A stretch of DNA of 39,649 nucleotides from an uncultured Actinomycetes bacterium (GTDB taxonomy: Bacteria; Actinomycetota; Acidimicrobiia; Acidimicrobiales; Acidimicrobilacustridaceae). This document shows positions 28,006 to 37,500 of this stretch, one piece after another. Positions within the stretch are counted from its first letter, which is position 1. The number at the start of each line of letters is the position of its first letter. The notes beneath the pieces are model-generated. The model was not told where the DNA came from. It searched no databases and saw nothing but the letters and a program-made list of their open reading frames with translations. The stretch lies in NCBI GenBank assembly GCA_945957335.1, contig CAMFLJ010000001.1:1-39649 (forward strand), written 5' to 3'. The position numbers and the translations under genes were made by a program.

Positions 28006-29835
28006 ATGCCGACCACCGCCATGGAGGCCTGCCTGCAGCGCGTCCACCGGGCGCTGCTCGACGACACCTCGGGTGAGGTCGCGGGCTACATCCCCGAGCT
28101 GGCCACCGTCGATCCCGCTCCCTTCGGCATCGCCATCGCGACCGTCGACGGTCACGTCCACGGTGTCGGTGACGACCGTTCGGAGTTCACGATCCAGTCG
28201 ATCTCGAAGCCGTTCGTCTACGGCATCGCGCTCGACGACCACGGTGTCGAGCGGGTGCTCGAGCGGGTCGGCGTCGAGCCGTCGGGCGAGGCGTTCAACT
28301 CGATCGTGATGGACGAGCGCAACAACCGGCCGATGAACCCGATGGTGAACGCCGGGGCGATCGCCTGCGCCGCCATGGTGCGGGGCGACGGGCTCGACGA
28401 GCGCCGCCGTCGGGTGCTCGACACCTTCGCCCGCTACGCCGGTCGGCCCCTCACCGTCGACCGGGCCGTGGCCGAGTCGGAGCGTCGGACCGGCCACCGC
28501 AACCGGGCCATCGCCTACCTCGAGCTCAGCACCGGCATGATCGACGAGCCGGTCGAGGAGCACCTCGACCTCTACTTCGACCAGTGCTCGATCCGCGTCA
28601 CGGCGCGCGACCTGGCGATGATGGCGGCCACGCTGGCCAACGGGGGCGTGAACCCGGTGACGGGGGAGCGCCCGCTGGAGCCCGAGAACGTGGCCCGGGT
28701 GCTGTCGGTGATGGCCACCTGCGGCATGTACGACTGGTCGGGCGAGTGGATGTTCCGCATCGGGCTGCCGGCCAAGAGCGGTGTGGGTGGCGGCATCATC
28801 GCCGTGCTGCCCGGACAGTTCGGGATGGGCACGTTCTCGCCCCGCCTCGACGAGTTCGGCAACAGCGTGCGCGGCGTGCGGGCCTGCGAGGAGGTCGTCG
28901 ACCTGCTCAACCTGCACATGCTCGACGCCACGGCCACCGCGGCGCCGGTGGTGTCGCGCCGCTACACGGCGGCGGAGGTCTCGTCCCGCCGGGTGCGCCG
29001 GGCGGGCGACGCCGAGCTGATCCGCCGCTCGGGCGCGGCGGTGACCGTGCTGCAGCTCCAGGGCGACCTGTTCTTCGCCACCGCCGAGCGGCTCGTGCGC
29101 ACCATCGAGCACGTCGGCGACGACACCCGGGTGGTGGTGCTCGACGCCCGCCGCACTGGTCGGGCCACCGCGGGCGCCGTGGCCCTGCTGGCGGTGCTGC
29201 ACGAGGTGCCCCGTCAGGGGCCCACCCTGCTGCTCGCCGGTGCTGGTGACGGCCTGATCGACGCGCTGGCCGCCGAGGGTGGGGCCTGGCCCGCCGAGCA
29301 CCTCTTCGCCGACGTCGACCTCGCCCTCGAGTGGGCCGAGGACCTCGTGCTGGCCGAACTGGCCCCGGCGGCCGCGGCCACCGAGGCCGACGTCGCCGAC
29401 GGGATCGACCTCCTGGTGCGCCTCGACGCCGACGACCGGGCGGCGTTGGCGCCCCTGCTCGTCACCGAGCACTACGACGCGGGCCAGCACATCCTGCGCG
29501 AGGGCGAGCCGGCCGACCGTCTGTGCCTGCTCGTCGAGGGCCGGGCCTCGGGGATCGTGCGCATCGGCGAGGGCGACGCCGCCCACGACCGGCGGGTGCG
29601 CACCTTCGGCCCCGGCACGCTCTTCGGCGAGGCCGCCGTGCTCGAGGGCGGCGTACGTCCCACCGACGTGGTGGCCGACGCAGCCTGCACCGTGCTCTCG
29701 CTCGGGCGCGACGCGCTCACCGACCTGGAGGCGACCCGCCCCGAGGTCTACGCCCACCTCCTGGCCGGCCTGGCCCGGAGCCTCTCGGAGCTCCTGCACC
29801 AGGCCGTCGACGAGCTGCGCGCCCTCGGCGACTGA
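28006..29835 (+). CDS. glsA: Glutaminase A fused to STAS and cyclic-nucleotide-binding domains
   Basis: Glutaminase motifs: 'FTIQSISKPF', 'NPMVNAGAI', 'AKSGVGGGIIAV'. STAS-like 'VLQLQGDLFFATAERL'. cNMP-binding 'FGPGTLFGEAAVLEGGVRPTDVVA'. Confidence 0.9.
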   Translation: MPTTAMEACLQRVHRALLDDTSGEVAGYIPELATVDPAPFGIAIATVDGHVHGVGDDRSEFTIQSISKPFVYGIALDDHGVERVLERVGVEPSGEAFNSIVMDERNNRPMNPMVNAGAIACAAMVRGDGLDERRRRVLDTFARYAGRPLTVDRAVAESERRTGHRNRAIAYLELSTGMIDEPVEEHLDLYFDQCSIRVTARDLAMMAATLANGGVNPVTGERPLEPENVARVLSVMATCGMYDWSGEWMFRIGLPAKSGVGGGIIAVLPGQFGMGTFSPRLDEFGNSVRGVRACEEVVDLLNLHMLDATATAAPVVSRRYTAAEVSSRRVRRAGDAELIRRSGAAVTVLQLQGDLFFATAERLVRTIEHVGDDTRVVVLDARRTGRATAGAVALLAVLHEVPRQGPTLLLAGAGDGLIDALAAEGGAWPAEHLFADVDLALEWAEDLVLAELAPAAAATEADVADGIDLLVRLDADDRAALAPLLVTEHYDAGQHILREGEPADRLCLLVEGRASGIVRIGEGDAAHDRRVRTFGPGTLFGEAAVLEGGVRPTDVVADAACTVLSLGRDALTDLEATRPEVYAHLLAGLARSLSELLHQAVDELRALGD

Positions 29836-29860
29836 GCCGGTCGCCGGTACGGTCGGCGCC

Positions 29861-30319
29861 ATGAAGATCGCCACCAACCGCAGGGTCGACCGGGCCGAGC
29901 TCGAGGCGTTCGTGGCGCCGCGCCACCGGGGCGTGCTGCTCACCACCCGGGCCGACGGGCGGCCGCAGAGCTCGCTCGTCACCATGGGCCTGAGCGCCGG
30001 CGAGATCCTGATCTCGAGCTACCCGGAGCGGGCCAAGGTGCACAACGTGCGGCGCGACCCGCGCGTGTCGGTCGTGGTGATGAGCGACGAGTTCAACGGC
30101 GAGTGGGTGCAGGTCGACGGCACCGGGCGGGTGGTCGACCTGCCCGACGCGGTCGAGGAGCTGGTCGAGTACTTCCGCTGCATCAGCGGTGAGCACTCCG
30201 ACTGGGACGAGTACCGCGAGGCGATGGTGCGCCAGGGCAAGTGCCTGATCCGCGTGGCGATCGACGAGTGGGGCCCCGTCGCCAGGGGCGGCTTCCCCGC
30301 CCGCCTGGCCGAGAGCTGA
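29861..30319 (+). CDS. PPOX-class (pyridoxamine 5'-phosphate oxidase-like), probably F420-dependent, enzyme
   Basis: 'GVLLTTRADGRPQSSLV', 'KVHNVRRDPRVSVVV'. Confidence 0.8.
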   Translation: MKIATNRRVDRAELEAFVAPRHRGVLLTTRADGRPQSSLVTMGLSAGEILISSYPERAKVHNVRRDPRVSVVVMSDEFNGEWVQVDGTGRVVDLPDAVEELVEYFRCISGEHSDWDEYREAMVRQGKCLIRVAIDEWGPVARGGFPARLAES

Positions 30320-30342
30320 ACCGCCGGGGCGCTCTGCCGGAG

Positions 30343-30945
30343 TCAGCGTGCCCGGGGTGCAGGGGGCAGCGCGAGCGCGTCGAGGAGGCGCAACCGTGAC
30401 CCACGCCGCCGGAGCTCGCCCTGGGCCCGGGCGAGGTGGCGCGCCGTCGGGGCGACGAGCGCCAGCTGGGCCCATGCCACGACGAGGCCGATCGGGTAGA
30501 GACACGCGACGCCCGAGAGGATGAAGCCGACGAAGGCCAGGAGCGCCGCCGCATCGGCGACGGCGACCTGCAGGAAGAAGGCCGTGCGGTACGACCCGGC
30601 GAGGGCGGGGAGGGTCGACCCGTCGAGCGGCCGCCGCCGCAGCCACGCGCCGGCCGCCAGGCTGAGCACCGACCCGATGAGGGTCACGGCGACGCCGACC
30701 CCGACCGGGCGCGGTGCGGCGTCCGGCTCGGAGCCATAGCCCGCGAACACGGCCAGGATGACGACGACCACCCCGACCAGGCCCACCGCGGCGGTGAACG
30801 CGATCCACAGCGAGCGGAGGGTGGTCAGGGTGGAGTCACCCCTGTCGGCCGCCTTCCGCATGCGCCACTGGACCCCACCGGGGACGAGGAGCGCCCAGCT
30901 CGAGCCGAGCGCGTCGCGCCAGCCGGGATCGTCCGCCGAGTCCAC
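30343..30945 (-). CDS. Hypothetical integral membrane protein (about 4 TM helices)
   Basis: Hydrophobic segments 'LWIAFTAAVGLVGVVVVILAVFA', 'VGVAVTLIGSVLSLAAGAW', 'FFLQVAVADAAALLAFVGFIL', 'LYPIGLVVAWAQLALV'. Confidence 0.55.
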   Translation of the reverse strand: MDSADDPGWRDALGSSWALLVPGGVQWRMRKAADRGDSTLTTLRSLWIAFTAAVGLVGVVVVILAVFAGYGSEPDAAPRPVGVGVAVTLIGSVLSLAAGAWLRRRPLDGSTLPALAGSYRTAFFLQVAVADAAALLAFVGFILSGVACLYPIGLVVAWAQLALVAPTARHLARAQGELRRRGSRLRLLDALALPPAPRAR

Positions 30946-30986
30946 GGCGACGACCGTAGCCGTGGCGCCGGGGGCGGTCGGGTGGG

Positions 30987-31271
30987 TCAGGTGTAGCTCT
31001 CGCGCCGGCGGCGCTGGCGGGCGCCCGAGCCGATCAGGCCGAGGTCGGCGAGCAGGGCGATGAGCACGAACACCCAGCCGAGGCCGCTCACGCCGCGGAC
31101 CGGCGCGTAGGCGAAGGTCCAGGTGAGGGTGGTCCAGGGCAGCAGGAAGAACCCGAGCACGGGCCAGACCCAGGTCGTGAACGCCACCGACAGCCGATCG
31201 GTGAAGAGCCAGGTGAAGAACAGCGCGAGGCGCGGTGAGATGGCGGCGAACAGAACGAGGAAGCAGCCCAT
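30987..31271 (-). CDS. Hypothetical small membrane protein (Trp/Phe-rich, 3 TM helices)
   Basis: Start at ATG 31271. 'MGCFLVLFAAISPRLALFFTWLF...WVWPVLGFFLLPW...GWVFVLIALLADLGLI'. Confidence 0.5.
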   Translation of the reverse strand: MGCFLVLFAAISPRLALFFTWLFTDRLSVAFTTWVWPVLGFFLLPWTTLTWTFAYAPVRGVSGLGWVFVLIALLADLGLIGSGARQRRRRESYT

Positions 31272-31309
31272 CGGGGCAGTCTCGTCGCGCCGTCGTCGCT
31301 CGACCAGGG

Positions 31310-32518
31310 TCAGTCGTCGAGCGCGGCCCACGCCGCGGTGCGGAAGTCGACGCAGATCGCGGGCGGGGTGGGCGAGGTCCAGGCCGCCTGGGTCATCAGC
31401 ACGGTGACGAGCTGTTCGGCCGGGTCGTTCATCCAGCAGGTGCCGAGGCCGCCATCCCACCCGTAGCTGCCGACCGAGCCGGCCAGGTCGCTGCGGCGGG
31501 TGACCACCGACAGCCCGAGCCCCCACCCACGGGCGTCCCACTCACCCTCGACCAGCCCGCCGGCCTGCTTCTGGGCCGCGGTCAGCTGGTCGGTGGTCAT
31601 GGCGGCCACCGCGGCCCGCGACAGCACCCGGCCGTCGGGGCCGAGGCCACCGGCGAGCAGCATCCGGGCGAAGGCGAGGACGTCGTCGACGGTCGACACC
31701 AGCCCGGCGGCGGCCGAGGGGAACGCCGGCGGACGGCTCCACTGGCCGTCGGGCGGGTCGAACTCGACGAGCTCGCCGGTGGCGGGGTCGGTCATGTAGC
31801 CGGGCACGAAGCGGTCGAGGCGCTCGGGGTCGACCCAGAAGCCGGTGTTGCGCATGCCGAGCGGTGCGAGGACGCGCTCGCGCAGCGCGACCTCGAGGGG
31901 CTGGCCGGTGGCCCGGGCGATGAGCACGCCGAGCACGTCGAGGCCGGTGCCGTACATCCACTGCTCGCCGGGCTGGTGGAGGAGGGGGAGGGTGCCGAGT
32001 CGGCGCATCCACTCGTCGGGCTCGGGCACGCCGGCCGGTGACGGCGGCCCCTGGCCCAGCTCGAGCTCGGCCATGGCGTCGGCCAGCGGCACGGTGCCGG
32101 GCTCGGCCATCACGATGCCGAGGCCCATGGTGAAGGTGAACAGGTCGCGCACGGTGATGGGGCGGCGGGCCGGCACGACCCAGCCCAGGGGTGCGTCGTG
32201 GTGCTCGAGGACGGTGCGCCCGGCGAGCTCGGGCAGCAGCTCGTCGACCGGGTCGTCGAGTCGGAACAGGCCGTCCTCGATGCAGGTGAGACCGCACACC
32301 GCGGCGATGGGCTTGGTCATCGACGAGATGCGGAAGAGGGTGCTGCGCTCGACCGGCCGACGGCGCTCGACGCCGGTGTGGCCCACCGCGCCGCCGTGCA
32401 CGTCGTCGCCCCGGGCCACGACCCACACCGCCCCCGGCACGTGGCCGTCGACGACGTGGCGGTCGACCGAGCGGTGGATGCGCTCCACCCCGGCGGCGCT
32501 GATCGGTGCGGTTCCCAT
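31310..32518 (-). CDS. Serine hydrolase, beta-lactamase (class C/DD-peptidase-like) family
   Basis: S-x-x-K 'FRISSMTKPI', and a length of 402 aa typical of the family. Confidence 0.85.
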   Translation of the reverse strand: MGTAPISAAGVERIHRSVDRHVVDGHVPGAVWVVARGDDVHGGAVGHTGVERRRPVERSTLFRISSMTKPIAAVCGLTCIEDGLFRLDDPVDELLPELAGRTVLEHHDAPLGWVVPARRPITVRDLFTFTMGLGIVMAEPGTVPLADAMAELELGQGPPSPAGVPEPDEWMRRLGTLPLLHQPGEQWMYGTGLDVLGVLIARATGQPLEVALRERVLAPLGMRNTGFWVDPERLDRFVPGYMTDPATGELVEFDPPDGQWSRPPAFPSAAAGLVSTVDDVLAFARMLLAGGLGPDGRVLSRAAVAAMTTDQLTAAQKQAGGLVEGEWDARGWGLGLSVVTRRSDLAGSVGSYGWDGGLGTCWMNDPAEQLVTVLMTQAAWTSPTPPAICVDFRTAAWAALDD

Positions 32519-32628
32519 GCCCTGTCCGACCGGGGCCGCCCCCGGAACTCATCGCCGGCCGCACTGTCGCAGGGTCGGGTTACCCTCGCCTCGGCCGGCT
32601 GGGGAGCCGGCGCCGGGAGGGTGTCGCC

Positions 32629-33657
32629 GTGGATGCAGCAGTCGATCTCGTCGAGGGCGCCGTCGGCGCGCCGGCCGAAGGGGCCGCCGCCGATGACGCC
32701 TCGGCCCGCCTCGAGCCCTACCGCCGCGAGCTCACCGCGTACTGCTACCGCATGCTCGGCTCGCCCTTCGAGGCCGACGACGCGGTGCAGGAGGCGCTGA
32801 CCCGGGCGTGGAAGGCGATCGACCGCTTCGAGGGCCGCTCCACCCTGCGCTCGTGGCTCTACCGGATCGCCACGAACGTGTGCTTCGACCACCTCGAGGG
32901 GCGCAACAAGCGGGCCCTCCCGATCGACCTGGGCCCGGCCAACCGCTTCGACCAGGGCATCGGTGCCCCGCTGCCCGAGTCCACCTGGGTCCTGCCGGTG
33001 CCCGACGCGCGGGTCGTGCCCGACGGGGCCGACCCGGCCGAGGCCGCCATGGTGCGCGACTCCGTGCGCCTGGCCTTCGTGGCCGCGCTGCAGCACCTGC
33101 CGCCGCGCCAGCGCTCGGTGCTCATCCTGCGCGAGGTGCTGCGCTGGGAGGCCACCGAGGTCGCGGCCCTGCTCGACACCACCGTCGCCGCCGTGAACAG
33201 TGCGCTCCAGCGGGCGCGGGCCACCCTGGCCGAGGCCGACCTCGAGCCGTCGGCCGACCTGAGCGGCCTCGACGACGAGCACCGGGCCCTGCTCGACCGC
33301 TACGAGGACGCGTTCCTCCGCTACGACATCGAGGCCCTGGTGGCCCTCCTCCACGAGGACGCCACCCTCACCATGCCGCCCTTCGCGTTCTGGCTGCAGG
33401 GCGCCGACGAGGCCGGCCGGTTCTGGGCGTCGCCGGAGCCGTCGAAGTGCGCGGGCTCGCGGCTCACGCCCGTCGAGGTGAACGGCCTGCCGGGCTACGC
33501 CCAGTACAAGCCGTCGGCCGACGGCACCCGCCACGAGGCCTGGTGCCTCCAGGTGGTCGAGCCCGAGGGCGGCCGCATCCGCCGCATCGACTACTTCCTC
33601 GACACCCCCACGGTGTTCCCGCTGTTCGACCTGCCGCTCGTCTGGCCAGGTGACTGA
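32629..33657 (+). CDS. ECF sigma factor with ~170-aa C-terminal NTF2/SnoaL-like extension (SigG/SigJ type)
   Basis: 'YRRELTAYCYRMLGSPFEADDAVQEALTRAW...LRSWLYRIATNVCFD', region 4 'LPPRQRSVLILREVLRWEATEVAALL'. Extension 'LLHEDATLTMPPFAFWLQG...VEVNGLPGYAQY'. GTG 32629 lies 8 nt after GGGAGG. Confidence 0.88.
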   Translation: MDAAVDLVEGAVGAPAEGAAADDASARLEPYRRELTAYCYRMLGSPFEADDAVQEALTRAWKAIDRFEGRSTLRSWLYRIATNVCFDHLEGRNKRALPIDLGPANRFDQGIGAPLPESTWVLPVPDARVVPDGADPAEAAMVRDSVRLAFVAALQHLPPRQRSVLILREVLRWEATEVAALLDTTVAAVNSALQRARATLAEADLEPSADLSGLDDEHRALLDRYEDAFLRYDIEALVALLHEDATLTMPPFAFWLQGADEAGRFWASPEPSKCAGSRLTPVEVNGLPGYAQYKPSADGTRHEAWCLQVVEPEGGRIRRIDYFLDTPTVFPLFDLPLVWPGD

Positions 33658-34093
33658 CGTGGGCTACAACGAGGCTCCCGAGGGCTGGTGGCAGCGGTTC
33701 GTGTCCGAGCTGCCCGCCCGCACCGCCAAGCTGGCCGTCACGCGCGCCGACGGCAGCCCCCACGTGGCACCGGTCTGGGTCGACCTCGACGGCGACCAGA
33801 TCGTGTTCATGACCTCGGCCGACACCATCAAGGGAAAGTCGATCCTGCGCGACGGCCGGGTGTGCCTGTGCTTCGACGACGAGCACCCGCCGTTCAGCTT
33901 CGTCACCGTCGCAGGCACGGCCACCACCTCGACCGACCCCGACGAGCTGCTCGAGTGGGGCACGCGCATCGGTGGTCGTTACATGGGGGCCGAGCGGGCC
34001 GAGGAGTACGGCCGCCGCAACGCGGTTCCGCCGGAGATGGTGGTGCGGGTGACGCCCACCAGGGTCACCGCCAAGGTGGACGTCGCCGACTGA
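33650..34093 (+). CDS. PPOX-class probable F420-dependent enzyme
   Basis: '[19 protein letters not shown]', '[15 protein letters not shown]'. The start overlaps the end of the sigma gene by 8 nt. Confidence 0.8.
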   Translation: MTDVGYNEAPEGWWQRFVSELPARTAKLAVTRADGSPHVAPVWVDLDGDQIVFMTSADTIKGKSILRDGRVCLCFDDEHPPFSFVTVAGTATTSTDPDELLEWGTRIGGRYMGAERAEEYGRRNAVPPEMVVRVTPTRVTAKVDVAD

Positions 34094-34212
34094 GGCGCAG
34101 GCAGCGGGGCTGTCGCGAAGGGCGCGATGAAGGGATGGGGGCCTGGGACCGGTACCCTCTGCGGTGCGTCGAGCCGCGTTGGCTCGGTCGCGTACAAGAG
34201 AAGAGAAAATCA

Positions 34213-34413
34213 GTGACTACCGGTACCGTGAAGTTCTTCAATGCTGAGAAGGGCTTCGGCTTCATCTCCCGCGAGGGTGGCGACGACGTGTTCGTCCACT
34301 ACTCCCAGATCTCCGGCTCGGGCTACAAGAGCCTCGACGAGGGCCAGACCGTCGAGTTCGACGTCGCCCCCGGCCGCAAGGGCGAGCAGGCCGAGAACGT
34401 CCGGGTCATCTGA
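34213..34413 (+). CDS. cspA: Cold-shock protein (CspA family)
   Basis: RNP1 'KGFGFI' and RNP2 'VFVHY'. 66 aa. Preceded by a ~119-nt untranslated leader with a low-GC ribosome-binding region. Confidence 0.95.
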   Translation: MTTGTVKFFNAEKGFGFISREGGDDVFVHYSQISGSGYKSLDEGQTVEFDVAPGRKGEQAENVRVI

Positions 34414-34433
34414 TCCGAACCACCTCTGCACGC

Positions 34434-34463
34434 AGGCCCCGTCCGGTTCGCCGGGCGGGGCCT
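34434..34463 (+). terminator. Hairpin after csp
   Basis: AGGCCCCG-tCCGGttcgCCGGg-CGGGGCCT (nested stems), followed by TTCGTCGTT. Confidence 0.65.
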
Positions 34464-34554
34464 TCGTCGTTCCCGGGGCCCTTCCCGGTGAGGCGCAGGG
34501 AGGCCGGCCCGGAATCGGGACGCGGATCCCGGTTCCGTCGTTAGCCTCCTCCAC

Positions 34555-37500
34555 GTGACGTCCCCGGCCGAGCTCGCGATCCCACCCCAGGGTGGCTGGA
34601 TCCGCCGGCTCAGCCCGTATCTGCTGGCACACCGCCGCAACGTGGTGATCGCCCTCGTCGCCTCCGTGGTGGGCCAGGGCCTCTCGGCGCTGACGCCCGT
34701 GTTCGCCGCGGTGGTCATCGACGACGGCATCACCAACAAGACCCGCCCGGTGTGGCCGTGGATCCTCGCCCTCGTGGTGGCGGGCCTGCTGTCGTTCGGG
34801 TGCGCGTTCCTGCGCCGCTGGGTGGGCGGCCGGGTGAGCCTCGACGTGCAGTTCGACCTGCGCAACGCCATCTACGAGCGGCTGCAGCGGCTCGACTTCG
34901 CCGGCCACGACCAGCTCCGCACGGGGCAGCTGGTGTCGCGCGCCTCGACCGACCTGGGGCTGGTGCAGGGCCTGCTGGCCTTCCTGCCGATCATGCTCGG
35001 CAACCTGGTGCTGCTCGTCATCGCCCTGGTGGTGATGGTGATCTTGTCGCCGCTGCTCACCCTGGTGGTGGTGGCCACGCTGCCCCTGCTGCTGGTCGTG
35101 TCGCTGCGCCTCCGGGGCAAGGTGTTCCCGGCCACGTGGGACGCCCAGCAGCGCGCCGGCGAGGTGGCGGGGGTGGTCGACGAGGCCGTCACCGGGGTGC
35201 GGGTGGTGAAGGGCTTCGGCCAGGAGGACCGCGAGCTCGACCACCTGGCCGACGTGGCCACCGGCCTCTACTCGTCGCGCGCCCGGCTGGTGCGGCTGCA
35301 GGCCAAGTTCACCTCCACGCTGCAGGCCATCCCGACCCTCGCCCAGGTGGCGGTGCTGGCCCTCGGCGGCTGGCTGGCGCTGAACGGCCAGCTCACCCTC
35401 GGTGCGTTCCTGGCGTTCTCGTCGTACCTGGTGCAGCTGGTCTCGCCGGTGCGGATGCTGGCCGGGCTCTTCACCGTCGGCCAGCAGGCCCGGGCCGGCG
35501 CCGAGCGGATCCTCGACATCCTCGAGGCCAACGCCGAGGTCGTCGACGCGCCCGACGCGGTCGAGCTCCCGCCGGCCCGCGGCGAGGTGCGCTTCGAGGG
35601 CGTGCGCTTCGGCTACTCGCGCCGCGAGCCCGTGCTCGACGGGCTCGACCTCCACGTCGAGGCGGGCGAGGTCGTGGCCCTGGTCGGCACCAGCGGCTCG
35701 GGCAAGTCCACCGTGACCGCCCTGCTGCCGCGCTTCTACGACGTGGCCGAGGGACGGGTCACCGTCGACGGCCACGACGTCCGCGAGGTCACCCTCGAGT
35801 CGCTGCGCAGCCAGGTGGGCCTGGTGTTCGAGGACGCGTTCCTGTTCTCCGACAGCGTGCGGGCCAACATCGCCTACGCCCGGCCCGAGGCCTCCGACGC
35901 CGAGGTTCGCGCCGCAGCTGCGGCGGCGGGCGCCGACCGCTTCGTCGAGGCGCTGCCCGAGGGCTACGAGACCGTGGTCGGCGAGCGGGGCGTGACCCTG
36001 TCGGGCGGCCAGCGCCAGCGCCTGGCCCTGGCCCGGGCGATCCTCACCGACCCGCGGATCCTGGTGCTCGACGACGCCACCTCGGCGGTCGACTCGGCCA
36101 CCGAGGAGGCCATCCACGAGACCCTGCGCGAGCTGATGGCGGGGCGCACCACGATCCTCATCGCCCACCGGCGCTCGACCCTGCGCCTGGCCCGTCGCAT
36201 CGTGGTGCTCGACGCCGGGCGGGTGGTGGCCGAGGGCACCCACGAGGAGCTGCTCGAGTCGAGCAGCGTCTACCGCGACCTGTTCGCCGGGCCCGACGAC
36301 GTCGACCTCACCCTGGGCGACGACGACCTCGACGGCGAGGGGCTGGGCGAGGTGGCTGAGCCGGTGCTCGTCGGCGCGGCCATCACCGAGTCCGCGTGGC
36401 CGGCCCTCGAGGACGACGACCGACCGGTGGCCACGGCCTCGGTCGACGCCGCGCCCCGCATCGGGTCACCCGGCGGAGGCGGCGGTGGAGGCGGCGGCGG
36501 GATGATGGGCATGTCGCTCACCGCGACGCCGCAGATCCTCGCCGCCCTCGAGACGCTCCCCCCGGCCGACGACCTGCCCCAGGTCGACGTGTCGGCGGCC
36601 GCTGCCCCTGAGCCGCCGCCGTTCCTGGTGCGCCGCTTCGTGCGGCCGTGGATGCGCTGGCTGCTCTTCGGCCTCGGCCTGGTCGTGCTCGACACGGTGC
36701 TCACCCTGCTCGGCCCCGCCCTGGTGCGGCGCGGCATCGACAGCGGCGTCACCGTCGACGACCCGTCGGGCCTGTGGAGCTCGGTGGCCCTGTTCGCCCT
36801 GGTGGGGCTGGTCGACTGGGGCGTCGTGTGGGCCTACACGGTGGTCACCGGCCGCACCGCCGAGCGGGCCCTGTTCGCCCTGCGGGTGAAGATCTTCGCC
36901 CACCTCCAGCGGCTGTCCCTCGACTACTACGACGCCGAGCTCGACGGCCGGATCATGACCCGCATGACCACCGACGTGGAGGCCCTCACCCAGCTGGTGC
37001 AGACCGGCCTGATCAACGGCGTGGTCGGCATCTTCACGTGCATCGGCGTGTTCGTGTTCCTGATCGTCCTGTCGCCGCCGCTCGCCGCGGTGACGGCGCT
37101 GGTGCTCCCGCCGCTGTTCCTGGCCACCTGGTGGTACCGACGGCGCTCGTCGCAGGCCTACGCCAAGGCACGCGACGCCATCGCCGACGTCAACGCCAAC
37201 CTCCAGGAGAGCCTCTCGGGCGTCCGGGTGGCCCAGGCCTACGTGCGCGAGGGCCGCAACATCAGCGGCTTCCGGTCGGTGAACAACCGGTACCTCGGGC
37301 ACCGCCTCGACGCCCAGAAGCTCGTGGCCCTCTACTTCCCGTTCGTGCTCCTGCTGAGCGACCTCGCCGCCGCGCTGGTGCTGGGCGCGGGTGCGGTCTT
37401 CGAGTCACGCGGCATCGTCACCGCCGGCACGGTCATCGCCTTCCTGCTCTACCTCAACCAGTTCTTCTCGCCGATCCAGCAGCTCTCGCAGGTGCTCGAC

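Noticed and set aside
36470-36515. Splitting the ABC ORF into two genes at the 'MMGM' after the poly-Gly run
   Set aside because: There is no in-frame stop for the upstream half anywhere before 38365. I kept it as a fusion and flagged the Gly run as a place to check for sequencing indels.
37025-37040. Additional parS-like sites containing CACGTG (also about 34546-34561)
   Set aside because: They match the parS consensus at only 9-10 of 16 positions and lie inside or at the start of coding sequence. This is consistent with chance.
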